64,000 bases of DNA from a virus. Lineage: Duplodnaviria; Caudoviricetes. Shown piece by piece: positions 45,809 through 56,054 of the stretch. Both the position numbers and the translations under genes were made by a program. The DNA lies in IMG/VR virus record IMGVR_UViG_3300005512_000001, positions 160,001-224,000 of that record. The stretch is one strand, 5' to 3'. The notes under the pieces were generated by a model, which ran no database searches, was not told where the DNA came from, and was given only the letters and a program-made list of their open reading frames with translations. How positions within the stretch are numbered: position 1 is the first letter of the stretch; each line of letters starts with the position of its first letter.

Positions 45809-46651
45809 ATGGCTACATATAATCGTATTTCTGCTAGGCGCGGGCAAGATGTGGCGTTAGATGCTACGTTCTATATGGGTGGCCAACTGGCAGACCCATA
45901 TGCAATTTATCGAGTAGAAATATTTAGGGGGAGTGTTTCGGCCCAAAATATTGTTGATGCTATCGATATAGCAGACCCAGCAGCCTCATCTTATCCATCC
46001 CCGTTGGTTAGACAGCCAGACCCAGCAACACCAGCGGAGAATTGTCCGACGCCGCCGGACTGTGATTCTGGCGATATTGAAGGGTCTGATGCGTCTACTG
46101 GCCGATTTAGACTTGTGTGGTCAGTGCCGTCTGATGCTGTTGTCCCTGATGTTTATTTCGACCAATGGTACTTCTTTTCGACCCAACCAAGTGGCACCGA
46201 TGACTTGTCGTCACATGAAGACGAGCTTTTAACACAATGTAATCAATTTTGGGTTTATCCAGATAATTGGTATGTTGATGGCGGCTTGGATACAATTCGG
46301 TTAGGGTTTGAACCATTAGATATTAAGTTCCGCAAGCCAGAGCGAAGACCATTGGAAGTTGGTATAATGCCACTTCCATTATATGACTACAATTACAACT
46401 TAGTTGCACCAATAATACCATATCTAACACCTACAATATCTATATGGACTGATGCGGGTGAAGTGGTTGTTTCTAATGAGGCTGCAACCATTAAGCGAAG
46501 ACAAGGTTCGTTTAGAAGTAATCCGTGGGTTATTAGTTATGTGCTCGATACATGCCGATTTTTTATTGGTACGTATCGATATAGAGTGAAAGTGTTGTTG
46601 CCAGATGGCTCGACTAGAATTAGCGGTGACTTTTATATGACGGTTTCCTAA
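45809..46651 (+). CDS. Probable virion structural protein
   Basis: Late-type motif at 45784; beta-rich. Confidence 0.5.
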   Translation: MATYNRISARRGQDVALDATFYMGGQLADPYAIYRVEIFRGSVSAQNIVDAIDIADPAASSYPSPLVRQPDPATPAENCPTPPDCDSGDIEGSDASTGRFRLVWSVPSDAVVPDVYFDQWYFFSTQPSGTDDLSSHEDELLTQCNQFWVYPDNWYVDGGLDTIRLGFEPLDIKFRKPERRPLEVGIMPLPLYDYNYNLVAPIIPYLTPTISIWTDAGEVVVSNEAATIKRRQGSFRSNPWVISYVLDTCRFFIGTYRYRVKVLLPDGSTRISGDFYMTVS

Positions 46652-46652
46652 C

Positions 46653-47435
46653 ATGAATATATCAAATTACCTAGAACACCAACTCATTAGACATACTTTA
46701 GGGATAGCTGCCTATACCCCACCAACATCTACATATATAGGAATATTATCTGATTTATCTAATGATGGCGACATTATTACAGAATTTTCAGGGTCGAATT
46801 ATCAGCGGCAGCAGGTGACAGCGACTGGATTTTCCTCGGCGGCTAGTGGTGCAACTGCTAATGTCAGTAGTATTGTATGGCCAGCTGCCTTAGCAAATTG
46901 GGGCAGTGCAAGCTATATCGGTGTTTTTGACTCAATTGCAGCTGGAAATCTGCTGTGGTGGGGTGCGCTTACTATTGCAAAGGCTGTGTCAACTAGTGCA
47001 ATATTCCGAATTGATGCTGGTGAGTTAGATATTGGTGCGGCTGGTGCGTTTAGTCTTTATTCTAGGAATGGGATTCTGAATTTAACTTTGCGAAATAATA
47101 GCCCAGCATTTTCTTCACCGGCTGCTATATATGCAGGTATTGGTACGATATCTGGAGCATATAACGATTCTCTTTCCGAACCGTCCGCTGGGTACAGTAG
47201 GACCCTGGTGACTGCATTTACAAGCGCCGGGAACGGTGTCTACACTATTTCTGCACCGCAGATTGAATTCACAGCCTCTGGTGGGAACTGGGGTTTGATG
47301 ACACATCTGGGGTTGTTCGATGCGGCATCGGGTGGGAATTTAATATATGCACTTCAATTAAATCCTAGTAGGTCAGTATATGATGGTGACGGAATATTGT
47401 TTGAGGCAGGTTCTGTAGTTATTAGAGTACAATAA
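46653..47435 (+). CDS. Tail-fibre-associated protein with two tandem homologous domains
   Basis: Two copies of Y.R..V..F......N/I.F.A...NWG....G.FD...GNL. Confidence 0.6.
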   Translation: MNISNYLEHQLIRHTLGIAAYTPPTSTYIGILSDLSNDGDIITEFSGSNYQRQQVTATGFSSAASGATANVSSIVWPAALANWGSASYIGVFDSIAAGNLLWWGALTIAKAVSTSAIFRIDAGELDIGAAGAFSLYSRNGILNLTLRNNSPAFSSPAAIYAGIGTISGAYNDSLSEPSAGYSRTLVTAFTSAGNGVYTISAPQIEFTASGGNWGLMTHLGLFDAASGGNLIYALQLNPSRSVYDGDGILFEAGSVVIRVQ

Positions 47436-48274
47436 TGGCCATTACCAATGTCATCGTTACTAGGACCCCAGCTGGTGATATAGACCAGGGAGATACAGTA
47501 CTTCTGCGCGTTAGGTGGACGGGCATTGCTGCTGACCATGAAGTTCGTATAACTTGGGGTGATGGCGAACATGAGGTCAACACAGTTCTTGCCGCTGGCC
47601 CAGCATACGATGAAACATATGGGCACACTTATAATGATGGTGGGTCGTTTGATATAAGGGCTGATATTTATGCTGGCGCGGCCTCCAATAATGGCGGTCT
47701 GTTGATTGATGTAAATAACAAGCCACCCACAATAACTAGTAGCTCTGGTATATTAAATAATAACACTGGCGTAGTGAATATTGCAGTTATCTTCACTGAC
47801 CCTGGTACTGATGAAGTTTTTACTATTACTATCAACTGGGGTGATGGAAGCTCTGATGTCTCTAGTTTGACGGCAGTTGGCACCTTTAATGCTAGCCATA
47901 CGTATACAACGCGTATTGGCGACACATTTAGGAGGCAGATTATTGCGACTGTGACAGATAGCAGCAATGAAAGTGATATAAGTAGGTTTTATCCTGCGAC
48001 CTCGTACCCAGATGATGTGGACGATACTGGTATTGGTATTGTCACGCCATATGGTATTGTGCTATATGATTTAAGCGTTGATAAATCTGGTGTCGGTGGC
48101 GTGATAGTTGATGGCACTCCATTTTACACACTTGCTGCTGACGACACAATATCTGGTGTAGTGGTCGCGGCAGCTGCTGTTGATTATACATCGGTGTTTG
48201 TAATATCGACAATCGATGTTGAATGTGAGCAGGTTGGCAATATACCATTTACAGAATTGATACCACCAGCATGA
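47435..48274 (+). CDS. PKD/Ig-like domain virion protein
   Basis: Two WGDG...HTY PKD signatures. Confidence 0.65.
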   Translation: MAITNVIVTRTPAGDIDQGDTVLLRVRWTGIAADHEVRITWGDGEHEVNTVLAAGPAYDETYGHTYNDGGSFDIRADIYAGAASNNGGLLIDVNNKPPTITSSSGILNNNTGVVNIAVIFTDPGTDEVFTITINWGDGSSDVSSLTAVGTFNASHTYTTRIGDTFRRQIIATVTDSSNESDISRFYPATSYPDDVDDTGIGIVTPYGIVLYDLSVDKSGVGGVIVDGTPFYTLAADDTISGVVVAAAAVDYTSVFVISTIDVECEQVGNIPFTELIPPA

Positions 48275-49260
48275 CTACAGTAGCACAAAATAGATGGGCG
48301 GAGCTAATTACTATTGAATCAGCGACTGAAGTTGTTGGCTCAAATTCTGAAGTTTTAGGCGGCTGGAGATGGTGTAGAACTTCTACATGTGTTTCTGATG
48401 CTGATGGTGGTACAGCCACTGCGATTGATATAGATTACACTAGCAATACATATGGTAGTGTTGCTTTGCCACGACCGTCATTGAATAGAGGCTCGCTGAT
48501 TGGCTTTTGGGCTGGCACTGATGCAAGCCTATTCCATCTCGAACTTGGGGAATTATATAGACTAAGCGTGGATGAATTGTTTGGCTTATCGTTGGGTGAC
48601 CAAGATGCGATAGTTAGTGAACCTTTCTTTATTGGGTCAGATTACGTGGCTGAAGTCCCATTATCAGCAGATGAGCTGGTGTTGGGGTTTCATGACCAAA
48701 ATCAATGGAATAACAATTATGGGTCGCAAACCGTCACAATAACTTTCGAAGGTTGCAACCCACAGACCCATACGGTCTATGCTACGCAATGTGTATATTT
48801 TAGATATGCCCCTGCTGGTCTATTAGGCCCAGCTCCTTATTATGAAGATATTGATAATGGCACAGCACAAGGCCCTCACAGGCCACAGATTGTAACTGTG
48901 CCATCTGGTGCATTATATGTTGCCATACAATCAAGTAGCGACTCGGTAAGGACAGAACAAGTTCCAAATCAATTTCCATATTTAAAGTTGGAACGGTATT
49001 TATTTGACCGTGCAAAATACCAATCATTGCAGGCTAGAGTCATGCTTTGGAAGCGTGGAAGAAACATAGAAGATTATTATATGTTTGTGTTGCGAAATGA
49101 TACTTTGGATAATATTCCGATTACATATGATGTTACTACATGCTATTTAAATGGTCCGACGATTGTGGCTATTAAAAAAGATGTTCGTTCATCATTGGTA
49201 CATATCATGAACAAGATTAAGCGGTCGCCGATACTACCGCAAAGAACACCAACAATATGA
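48271..49260 (+). CDS. Probable virion protein (possible carbohydrate-binding domain)
   Basis: L.LG.HD....NN.GS..V.I pattern. Confidence 0.4.
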   Translation: MTTVAQNRWAELITIESATEVVGSNSEVLGGWRWCRTSTCVSDADGGTATAIDIDYTSNTYGSVALPRPSLNRGSLIGFWAGTDASLFHLELGELYRLSVDELFGLSLGDQDAIVSEPFFIGSDYVAEVPLSADELVLGFHDQNQWNNNYGSQTVTITFEGCNPQTHTVYATQCVYFRYAPAGLLGPAPYYEDIDNGTAQGPHRPQIVTVPSGALYVAIQSSSDSVRTEQVPNQFPYLKLERYLFDRAKYQSLQARVMLWKRGRNIEDYYMFVLRNDTLDNIPITYDVTTCYLNGPTIVAIKKDVRSSLVHIMNKIKRSPILPQRTPTI

Positions 49261-49496
49261 TAAAACACACTTGGGATTATTGCGGTGTTTGTTGTGACGC
49301 ATTTGTAAGATGCGGAAAATGTGGCAATAACTGTTGCAACGGAGGCTATGGCGAAATAGACGGCAAGCCATGTGACGCTTGTAGCTTTGCTTATGAGATG
49401 CAGTGCAGTGAAAAGCCACCCAAATTCTCTGAAGAATATAAAGCACAAAAAGTTAAAGAATTCGATGCAGTATTTCGCGATCTGTTCAGCTCATAG
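49257..49496 (+). CDS. Small Cys-rich protein
   Basis: Nine Cys in the N-terminal half. Confidence 0.5.
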   Translation: MIKHTWDYCGVCCDAFVRCGKCGNNCCNGGYGEIDGKPCDACSFAYEMQCSEKPPKFSEEYKAQKVKEFDAVFRDLFSS

Positions 49497-49508
49497 TATT
49501 TGACGTAT

Positions 49509-50534
49509 ATGGGTAAACTGAAGTTCAAGCCGAAACCGGCACAAATCCGAGCATGGATAGAGGCGAATTTTGATTACAAAACGCGTAAAAATGGTGACGA
49601 ATATTTAATTAATAGTCCGTTTTGCGATGATACCGGGTATAAATTCAATATATCTATTTCTAAAGCCATAGCACATGATTGGCGCGGCGATGATTGGGCT
49701 AAAGGCAAGTCACGCACATTTCTTAGGTTCGTACAGCTGTATAGAAACTGCTCATTTGTAGAGGCATTTAAAGAGGTCTGTGGTAAAGATGTTACTATGG
49801 GTTCTATATATGCGAAGCTGAGAAACGAACGAAAAGTAGAAGAAGAAGAACGCAAATATGATATTGCATTGCCAGCAGGTAGTGAGCCTTTGGCTGATGC
49901 CAGTACTACAACTGCCAAGATGTTGACGTCGTGGCTTGCTAGTCGTGGTATTAATTTAGATGGCATCGAGAAATATAACCTATACTATCATTCAATGAAT
50001 GTGGTATGGCCATATTATGAATACGATTCATTAGTATATTGGCAAGAGAGAAATAGGCTAAACAAAGTATTTAGGTTTCCTTCTGAAAATGTTGGCGTCA
50101 CGAAGGGCATGTTTTTATATGGCTTTGATATGGTAGAGCCAAGTGATTATGTGATTGTTACTGAAGCTATATTTGATAGCATAACTCTAGATGACCAATG
50201 CATCGCAAGTGGTGGTGCTGTACTTACTAATGCACAAGTTAAGAAGATTCGAATACTAAATCCGGTCAATGGAGTTATATTGTCGCCAGATAACGACAAA
50301 GCTGGGATTGACAGTATAATTTCTAATTACCAATTATTGTCACCATACTTTAATAAGTTATATTACGCCACACCGCCTGTAATAAAATATGGCGACGACC
50401 AATATACTAAAGATTGGAATGATTTAGGCAGCAAGAAAGTAATGGATTGGTCAGAAATCCGTGATATATTTGAAAATTCGATAAGGCCACTGACACAGAG
50501 CGATATAATCGAATTTATTATGAACTCGAATTGA
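49509..50534 (+). CDS. DNA primase (DnaG / T4 gp61-like TOPRIM)
   Basis: WL.SRGI, VYWQER, LYG.D, VTEAIFDS, LSPDNDKAG, KDWND. Confidence 0.85.
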   Translation: MGKLKFKPKPAQIRAWIEANFDYKTRKNGDEYLINSPFCDDTGYKFNISISKAIAHDWRGDDWAKGKSRTFLRFVQLYRNCSFVEAFKEVCGKDVTMGSIYAKLRNERKVEEEERKYDIALPAGSEPLADASTTTAKMLTSWLASRGINLDGIEKYNLYYHSMNVVWPYYEYDSLVYWQERNRLNKVFRFPSENVGVTKGMFLYGFDMVEPSDYVIVTEAIFDSITLDDQCIASGGAVLTNAQVKKIRILNPVNGVILSPDNDKAGIDSIISNYQLLSPYFNKLYYATPPVIKYGDDQYTKDWNDLGSKKVMDWSEIRDIFENSIRPLTQSDIIEFIMNSN

Positions 50535-50808
50535 TACTATATTCTTTGTCGACAACAAAATTACTAGTACTTATTGTTCTGTAGCACTTCATTACGCTTG
50601 GTCTTACATCTCTTAGTTGTGTGATTCGGTCCTCTAGACCTAATTTGCTAAAATAATTATTCCTAGACCTAATAAATTCTTTGTCTGAACTATTCAGTTT
50701 GTCTGTGTCTAGGCAATATAATTTATTATCTTTAGTTCCAAGAACTAACACTAGCATTCGCTTGGGGCTGTTATTGCCACGCTGATATCTAATCCAATAA
50801 AGTTTCAT
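50518..50808 (-). CDS. Hypothetical protein
   Basis: ORF with upstream GTAAATATATATA motif on the minus strand. Confidence 0.5.
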   Translation of the reverse strand: MKLYWIRYQRGNNSPKRMLVLVLGTKDNKLYCLDTDKLNSSDKEFIRSRNNYFSKLGLEDRITQLRDVRPSVMKCYRTISTSNFVVDKEYSINSSS

Positions 50809-50874
50809 AGTATTCGTATATATATTTACTACTAATAAGTGATTGATAAAATATACTTTGGATAAGGAGTATTT

Positions 50875-52257
50875 ATGGGCACGCCTTCAGGCGCAACTTG
50901 GGCAGTTAAGTGCAAAATAGGCGATAGACGCGTAGATGTTAGTGGCCATGTGATTCGGTTAGAATGGAAAAGCATGGTTAATGGCGGATATGTGATTCGT
51001 GTTAAAGTAGAAGACCCATATTTCCAAATTCTAGATACTGTAATTGAAGATAATGGTGCGTTATTGGAGACCGGCAGGCAGTCCGATAAACTCACATTAG
51101 TGGAATTTAAGCTGCAATGGATGTCGCAACCAGTCTTCGAAACTAAGACGATGATTGCGTTGATTTCTGATTTACATGCATCTGGTAAAGATTCAATGCT
51201 TGGGTCGTTTGAATTCATAGCAGTAGACCCAATATCTTATTTTGTTAATTCTGGAGACTGCTCTGGTACAGCTTATAATGGGAAGATTGGTGGGCCTGGT
51301 GGTGTAATAAGCCAAGTGTTGAAAGATTATATTCCGAAGTCAATAGGCGGATTTACAACTAAGTTTGAAGTTGGTGAAACAAATGATGAAGCTAGCACAT
51401 ATTGGATGATGCGGCAGGACCCAAAGACATTTATTTCGTCGTTATTGGATTGGTCTAGCCCATTTACGAAGCATAAAACATCGTGGCTTGTTGCAAATGG
51501 TCAAGATTCACAAGAGAAGATTATTTCTATAAATGTGCAGGAATCATATACTCCGTCATTGAAATATCCAGTTGGGATACCTGGCGATGATGGGCCATTT
51601 GTGTTGTCATATGGTGGCGGTGGCAATAATGCACCTGATATTTTGAAGTGGGAGATTTTGGCTGATAATTTTATATCGGCATTGAATGTTAAATTGCTGA
51701 CGAGTGGTATGTCGGCAATGTCTGGCCAATATTTCGATAAAATTTTGGACGATAAAGAGAATATAGTATATGTAAAAGATGAAAATACTAGCAACAAAGT
51801 AAGCCCAAAAATCAATAAACGACAGAGTTTTACTAAGCCTAAAACAGATACTGGCACAATATCTGGCACTGGTATTTTTCGGCCATATTCGAAGAGAGGT
51901 TGGACGCATATTTCCTCTATTCCTGAGGCTTATAGTGGTGGCGAGATTGGACATAAATATGAAAAGTATATCGATGGCCGTGCCCGCCAAAAGTATATGG
52001 AAATGCTTAATATGTTGATGCGTCTTAGGGTGACTGCTAGAGGGCAACCTAGGTTGTATGATTCTACTGAACTAGGTAGGTCTAAAGTAACTGTTAGATG
52101 GTTAAAGCCTAATGACGAAGATGGCGGCGGAACTAAACCTCGATTTTTGGATGGTGATTGGCTTCTTTATGGTTGGCATCATATTTTGTCGGCTCGTGGG
52201 TGGGACACTGATGTGTATCTTGCGAGGCTCGACTGGAATGCTAGTGCGATAGGATAA
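50875..52257 (+). CDS. Baseplate hub (gp27 / late control D-like)
   Basis: YW.MRQD...FI..L, V..RG.P.L, LDG.WL..G.HH; GGAG RBS; position. Confidence 0.55.
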   Translation: MGTPSGATWAVKCKIGDRRVDVSGHVIRLEWKSMVNGGYVIRVKVEDPYFQILDTVIEDNGALLETGRQSDKLTLVEFKLQWMSQPVFETKTMIALISDLHASGKDSMLGSFEFIAVDPISYFVNSGDCSGTAYNGKIGGPGGVISQVLKDYIPKSIGGFTTKFEVGETNDEASTYWMMRQDPKTFISSLLDWSSPFTKHKTSWLVANGQDSQEKIISINVQESYTPSLKYPVGIPGDDGPFVLSYGGGGNNAPDILKWEILADNFISALNVKLLTSGMSAMSGQYFDKILDDKENIVYVKDENTSNKVSPKINKRQSFTKPKTDTGTISGTGIFRPYSKRGWTHISSIPEAYSGGEIGHKYEKYIDGRARQKYMEMLNMLMRLRVTARGQPRLYDSTELGRSKVTVRWLKPNDEDGGGTKPRFLDGDWLLYGWHHILSARGWDTDVYLARLDWNASAIG

Positions 52258-52261
52258 TAGT

Positions 52262-55144
52262 ATGGACGGCGTTAGTGAATTATCTATAATGATGTCTATT
52301 GATGAGCAAAGCCTTGGCGATATGTTTAAGGCTTTACAGCAAGCTGCGCAAGAAGTGCAGGCTCTAAATGTGGCTTTTGACGAAATGCATAAGGTTGGTG
52401 GCGAGCAAGTCAAACAGACTCAAACCATACTCGCGCTTCAGGAGGATTTAATTAAACGTGCCGATATGATGGTTAGGTTGCATAAAGACGACACTGAGGA
52501 GATGCAAAATGTCTTGCGAACTTTGGAAGGTGTCGAAGTTATATTGAAGGGAATTTCCAAAGAAGATATGGAGTTATTCCCAGGTCAGCCAGCCAAAATA
52601 TCTACTTTGGCTGGTGATATAACTAGGATTAGGAAAGAGATTAATGGTGCTGTGGACTCCACTAGCGCATGGGCTAAGGCATTTGAAGAGGTTGGATTAG
52701 GGAAGCAATATGATAATCTAGTAAAATTTGGAACGTTGCTTGGGCAGATATCGTTTTGGTCTAAGATGTTCGCTGAGAATGCAAAACAGGCTGCAAACTG
52801 GAGGAATCAAAACTATCAACTATATGGCAGTTTGCAAGATATGGCAAGTATGACACGCAAAATAGCTACGGAATCTGCTTTGCTTCAAAAGGAAGCTGAG
52901 GCTGCAGCTAAAGCACTGGCTGATGTGGCGATAGACAAGGATAGCATGAAAGCGGCGGCTACGACGATTGGGCTATTCACGCTTAGAACAGGGGCGTCTG
53001 TAGAACAAACAGCCAAACTCGCAAAGTCATGGCAGGCATTGGGGATAGAGAATGCCTCGCTACAGAAACATTTAGATAAGACTGAAAATGCTATGGCGCA
53101 GTACGGCATTACAGGCAAAGATGCTGATGTACTCAATAAAGTTATGGCGGACAATGCTAGATTGCTGGCAACTGGGTTTGATGATATTGAAGAAGGAATA
53201 ACAAAAGCATCAGAACAGATGGTGATTTGGGCCGGAGAAGCTAAGGCTGCTGGTATGGATATGAGTGAATTATCTCAAATATTCGACCAATTAAATAAAG
53301 ATGCTAAGAAATATATTGTTTTGTTAGGGGAAGCAATAGATTTAGAGGACCCTGGCCAGCAATTTGCTATTATGGCTAGCAACGCTGGTGAGTGGATGAA
53401 TATAATAGATGGCCTGCCGAAGCATATGCGAGAGAGTTTCTCCAAAGATATGCTTGGTGTATCGGTCAAGCAGTTGTCAGAGATGACTGATGCGTTCGAA
53501 AATGCTGCTAAGGCCAGGGGGATAGATACTGCTGAATTACAGAAGCGAATAGATGCTGGGCAGGTATCTATAGAACAAATCAGTGAAGAGGCACGTAAAG
53601 AGCGAATATTACAAGATGCTACACGATCGCTTGCTGGGGCATTGGATTATCTTAAACAAGAGTTTGTCGAATTCATTACACCAATAGTAATAGCGACTGC
53701 TAAGTTTACGATATGGGTTAAGACCCTTCAAGACACATACCCAACGATATCTGGTATTGTTATGTGGATAATGAAATGGGGTATGGCTGCGGTCGCTTTG
53801 GGTGTTGTGTTGAAGAAATTAATGATATTGAAGTTTGTTGGTTGGCTTTGGAGTCTTCGTAGTGCTGCCAAGGGCGCAAGCACAGCAATTGAAAGTGTTG
53901 CTAAGCCAAGCCTATTTAAGAAGCTTGGGCAGGGCATAAGGGCTTTTATCGACTCATTCCAAGGTGCTATGAAATCTGCCGCAGCTATGGTGGTGGTTGG
54001 TGCAGCGATTCTGATATTCGCTGGCGCTTTGATTCTTATGGGTTGGGGATTTAAAACCTATGGCGCAGATATGTGGTATGGGCTGATAGCAATAATAGCA
54101 CTGATGGCTGCGGCAGCTATTACAATGTCATTATTGGCACCGCTTGGGCCAGCATTAATAGTGGTTGCTGCTGCATTTGTGGTATTCGGCGTTGCGTTGA
54201 TTCTTATAGCCACCTCAATTTTAATTGCTGCACATGCATTTTCTGTGATGGCAGAGATTCCACTAGTTCAGCTTGGCACAGATTTGTTATTCTTTGGCAC
54301 CACTTCAGTTGCGGCTGGTGTATTGCTGGTGGCAGGCATGGCTATGTTATCAGCAGCAATGTTGGTGGGTGCTGCACTCATAGTGCCAGGTGCAATATTT
54401 TATGCAGCTAGCATAATAATGGCTGGCGGAATTAATAATATATTTGGTGCATTGTCTGGCCGAGAGGCTACATTGGAAGCAACTAGTAAGCATTTTTATA
54501 ATGCTATGCGGGCTATCAATGCTGGCTCTTGGCAAATAGCAGACGCCTCGTGGGTTAAGTTCCGGGCTGGGGCTAAAATTCTATCTGGTGGTATAGAGCA
54601 GATTCTTGATGCTATAGATTCATCAGCTGTCGATAGGCTGCCAACATTTAATGCTGAATTTGCTAAGCTCGCGAGACTACCAGATGAAATAACTAGTAGC
54701 AATAAGATGCTGCATATGGCACGTGGAATTTCCATGGCTTTATGGACTATTAGCAACGGAATGCGGGCATATGCATATTATGTTGAGAATTCTGCTGCGC
54801 GGGTTAGCTCTGCGATAATGGAAGTAACTCGTTCAATGTGGCTACTGAAATTGTCTGGGCTAGATGAGATGGTACGCACAGCGGCCACTGTGACTGTTAA
54901 GACAGAACTCGAAGATAAACAAAGAGAGGCTGAAGATAGGGCTGGACAGACCGAACTACTTGAGGACATAAAGGGTGCGTTAGGAACATTAACATCTATA
55001 GTTGCAGATATAATTGTTGGTGGTGAAACTACAGCACACCTTGAAGAAATTAGGAAGCAGGTAGTACTGTGGCTGCCTGAGATTGCTGAAAAAGACAAGG
55101 GTTTGGCGACACAAACTAACCAATGGGGTTCTGGTCTTGGGTGA
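52262..55144 (+). CDS. Tape measure protein
   Basis: 960 aa, Ala-rich helical, with a long hydrophobic central region; in the tail module. Confidence 0.8.
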   Translation: MDGVSELSIMMSIDEQSLGDMFKALQQAAQEVQALNVAFDEMHKVGGEQVKQTQTILALQEDLIKRADMMVRLHKDDTEEMQNVLRTLEGVEVILKGISKEDMELFPGQPAKISTLAGDITRIRKEINGAVDSTSAWAKAFEEVGLGKQYDNLVKFGTLLGQISFWSKMFAENAKQAANWRNQNYQLYGSLQDMASMTRKIATESALLQKEAEAAAKALADVAIDKDSMKAAATTIGLFTLRTGASVEQTAKLAKSWQALGIENASLQKHLDKTENAMAQYGITGKDADVLNKVMADNARLLATGFDDIEEGITKASEQMVIWAGEAKAAGMDMSELSQIFDQLNKDAKKYIVLLGEAIDLEDPGQQFAIMASNAGEWMNIIDGLPKHMRESFSKDMLGVSVKQLSEMTDAFENAAKARGIDTAELQKRIDAGQVSIEQISEEARKERILQDATRSLAGALDYLKQEFVEFITPIVIATAKFTIWVKTLQDTYPTISGIVMWIMKWGMAAVALGVVLKKLMILKFVGWLWSLRSAAKGASTAIESVAKPSLFKKLGQGIRAFIDSFQGAMKSAAAMVVVGAAILIFAGALILMGWGFKTYGADMWYGLIAIIALMAAAAITMSLLAPLGPALIVVAAAFVVFGVALILIATSILIAAHAFSVMAEIPLVQLGTDLLFFGTTSVAAGVLLVAGMAMLSAAMLVGAALIVPGAIFYAASIIMAGGINNIFGALSGREATLEATSKHFYNAMRAINAGSWQIADASWVKFRAGAKILSGGIEQILDAIDSSAVDRLPTFNAEFAKLARLPDEITSSNKMLHMARGISMALWTISNGMRAYAYYVENSAARVSSAIMEVTRSMWLLKLSGLDEMVRTAATVTVKTELEDKQREAEDRAGQTELLEDIKGALGTLTSIVADIIVGGETTAHLEEIRKQVVLWLPEIAEKDKGLATQTNQWGSGLG

Positions 55145-55149
55145 TAATT

Positions 55150-55758
55150 ATGGGATTTGAACTAACTACAATTGATAATAAACTGATAAGCCAGGTTGTC
55201 TTAGATATGAGGGGTGAGGTAGAGCCATGGGTTGTTAAGTTTCAATTTCCGCCTGTCCTTAAATCAGATAATAAGGGCATAGATTATGAAGAGCGGAGTA
55301 TGTTTAATGTTGAACCAATGGCCATATTCAAAGGGTCTAAACCAAGGTCCATAACACTCAAATGGGTGTATATAGTTACTGGCTCGAAGCATAGTAATAA
55401 CTATGTGTGGAATTGTGAAAATATCGCTAAGGCAGTTAAGAGGATTCGCGGTTTTTATTACCAAACGAATAATGCATTTAAGAGTAAAGACCAAAGTATT
55501 CATTTCCAATGCTATGATGTTATCGGTTTGGTTACAAGCACAGATGGGATATCATTTAGGTCAGAGAGCATTGATATTAGCCATAGTGATACTATAGTCA
55601 ATGACGGTACTGGTGTCTATCCACTAAAGACTGAATTTTCCATGAAATTAAAATTGTGGTCAAATGGAGAGATACGAGAAGGCGGAGAAATAAAAGAAAT
55701 GATTAAACTTCCGTGGTTAAGTGAAGTCTCGACTATATTGCAACCTCAATGGAGATAA
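55150..55758 (+). CDS. Baseplate / tube-initiator protein
   Basis: FQFPP, D.K...Y, EP...F.GS..RSITL; directly after the tape measure gene. Confidence 0.55.
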   Translation: MGFELTTIDNKLISQVVLDMRGEVEPWVVKFQFPPVLKSDNKGIDYEERSMFNVEPMAIFKGSKPRSITLKWVYIVTGSKHSNNYVWNCENIAKAVKRIRGFYYQTNNAFKSKDQSIHFQCYDVIGLVTSTDGISFRSESIDISHSDTIVNDGTGVYPLKTEFSMKLKLWSNGEIREGGEIKEMIKLPWLSEVSTILQPQWR

Positions 55759-56054
55759 TGATGGTTGATGTGCCGTTAAATTCTAGATATTTGAATACCA
55801 GTGCTATCAAACACAATGGGAAAGAAACATTAGGTTTGTGGTCTGGCGAAGATTGGTTGGAATCAACACCAACATCTACTATAGTAGCTACTGCAAGCCA
55901 AGCTGGTAGGGCAGATTTGATTGCTGCCCAATATTTGGGTTCAGTAGATTTCTGGTGGGCTATTTTGTACTACAATAACAAGACAGATATAAATTGGCCT
56001 AGGGCTGGTGACGAAGTGCAAATACCCAGTGCTGCTTATGTGCTTGGAACATAA
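55758..56054 (+). CDS. LysM-like baseplate wedge protein (gp53 / gpX-like)
   Basis: GRADLIA..YLG...WWAI..YN.......G..V.IP. Confidence 0.75.
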   Translation: MMVDVPLNSRYLNTSAIKHNGKETLGLWSGEDWLESTPTSTIVATASQAGRADLIAAQYLGSVDFWWAILYYNNKTDINWPRAGDEVQIPSAAYVLGT

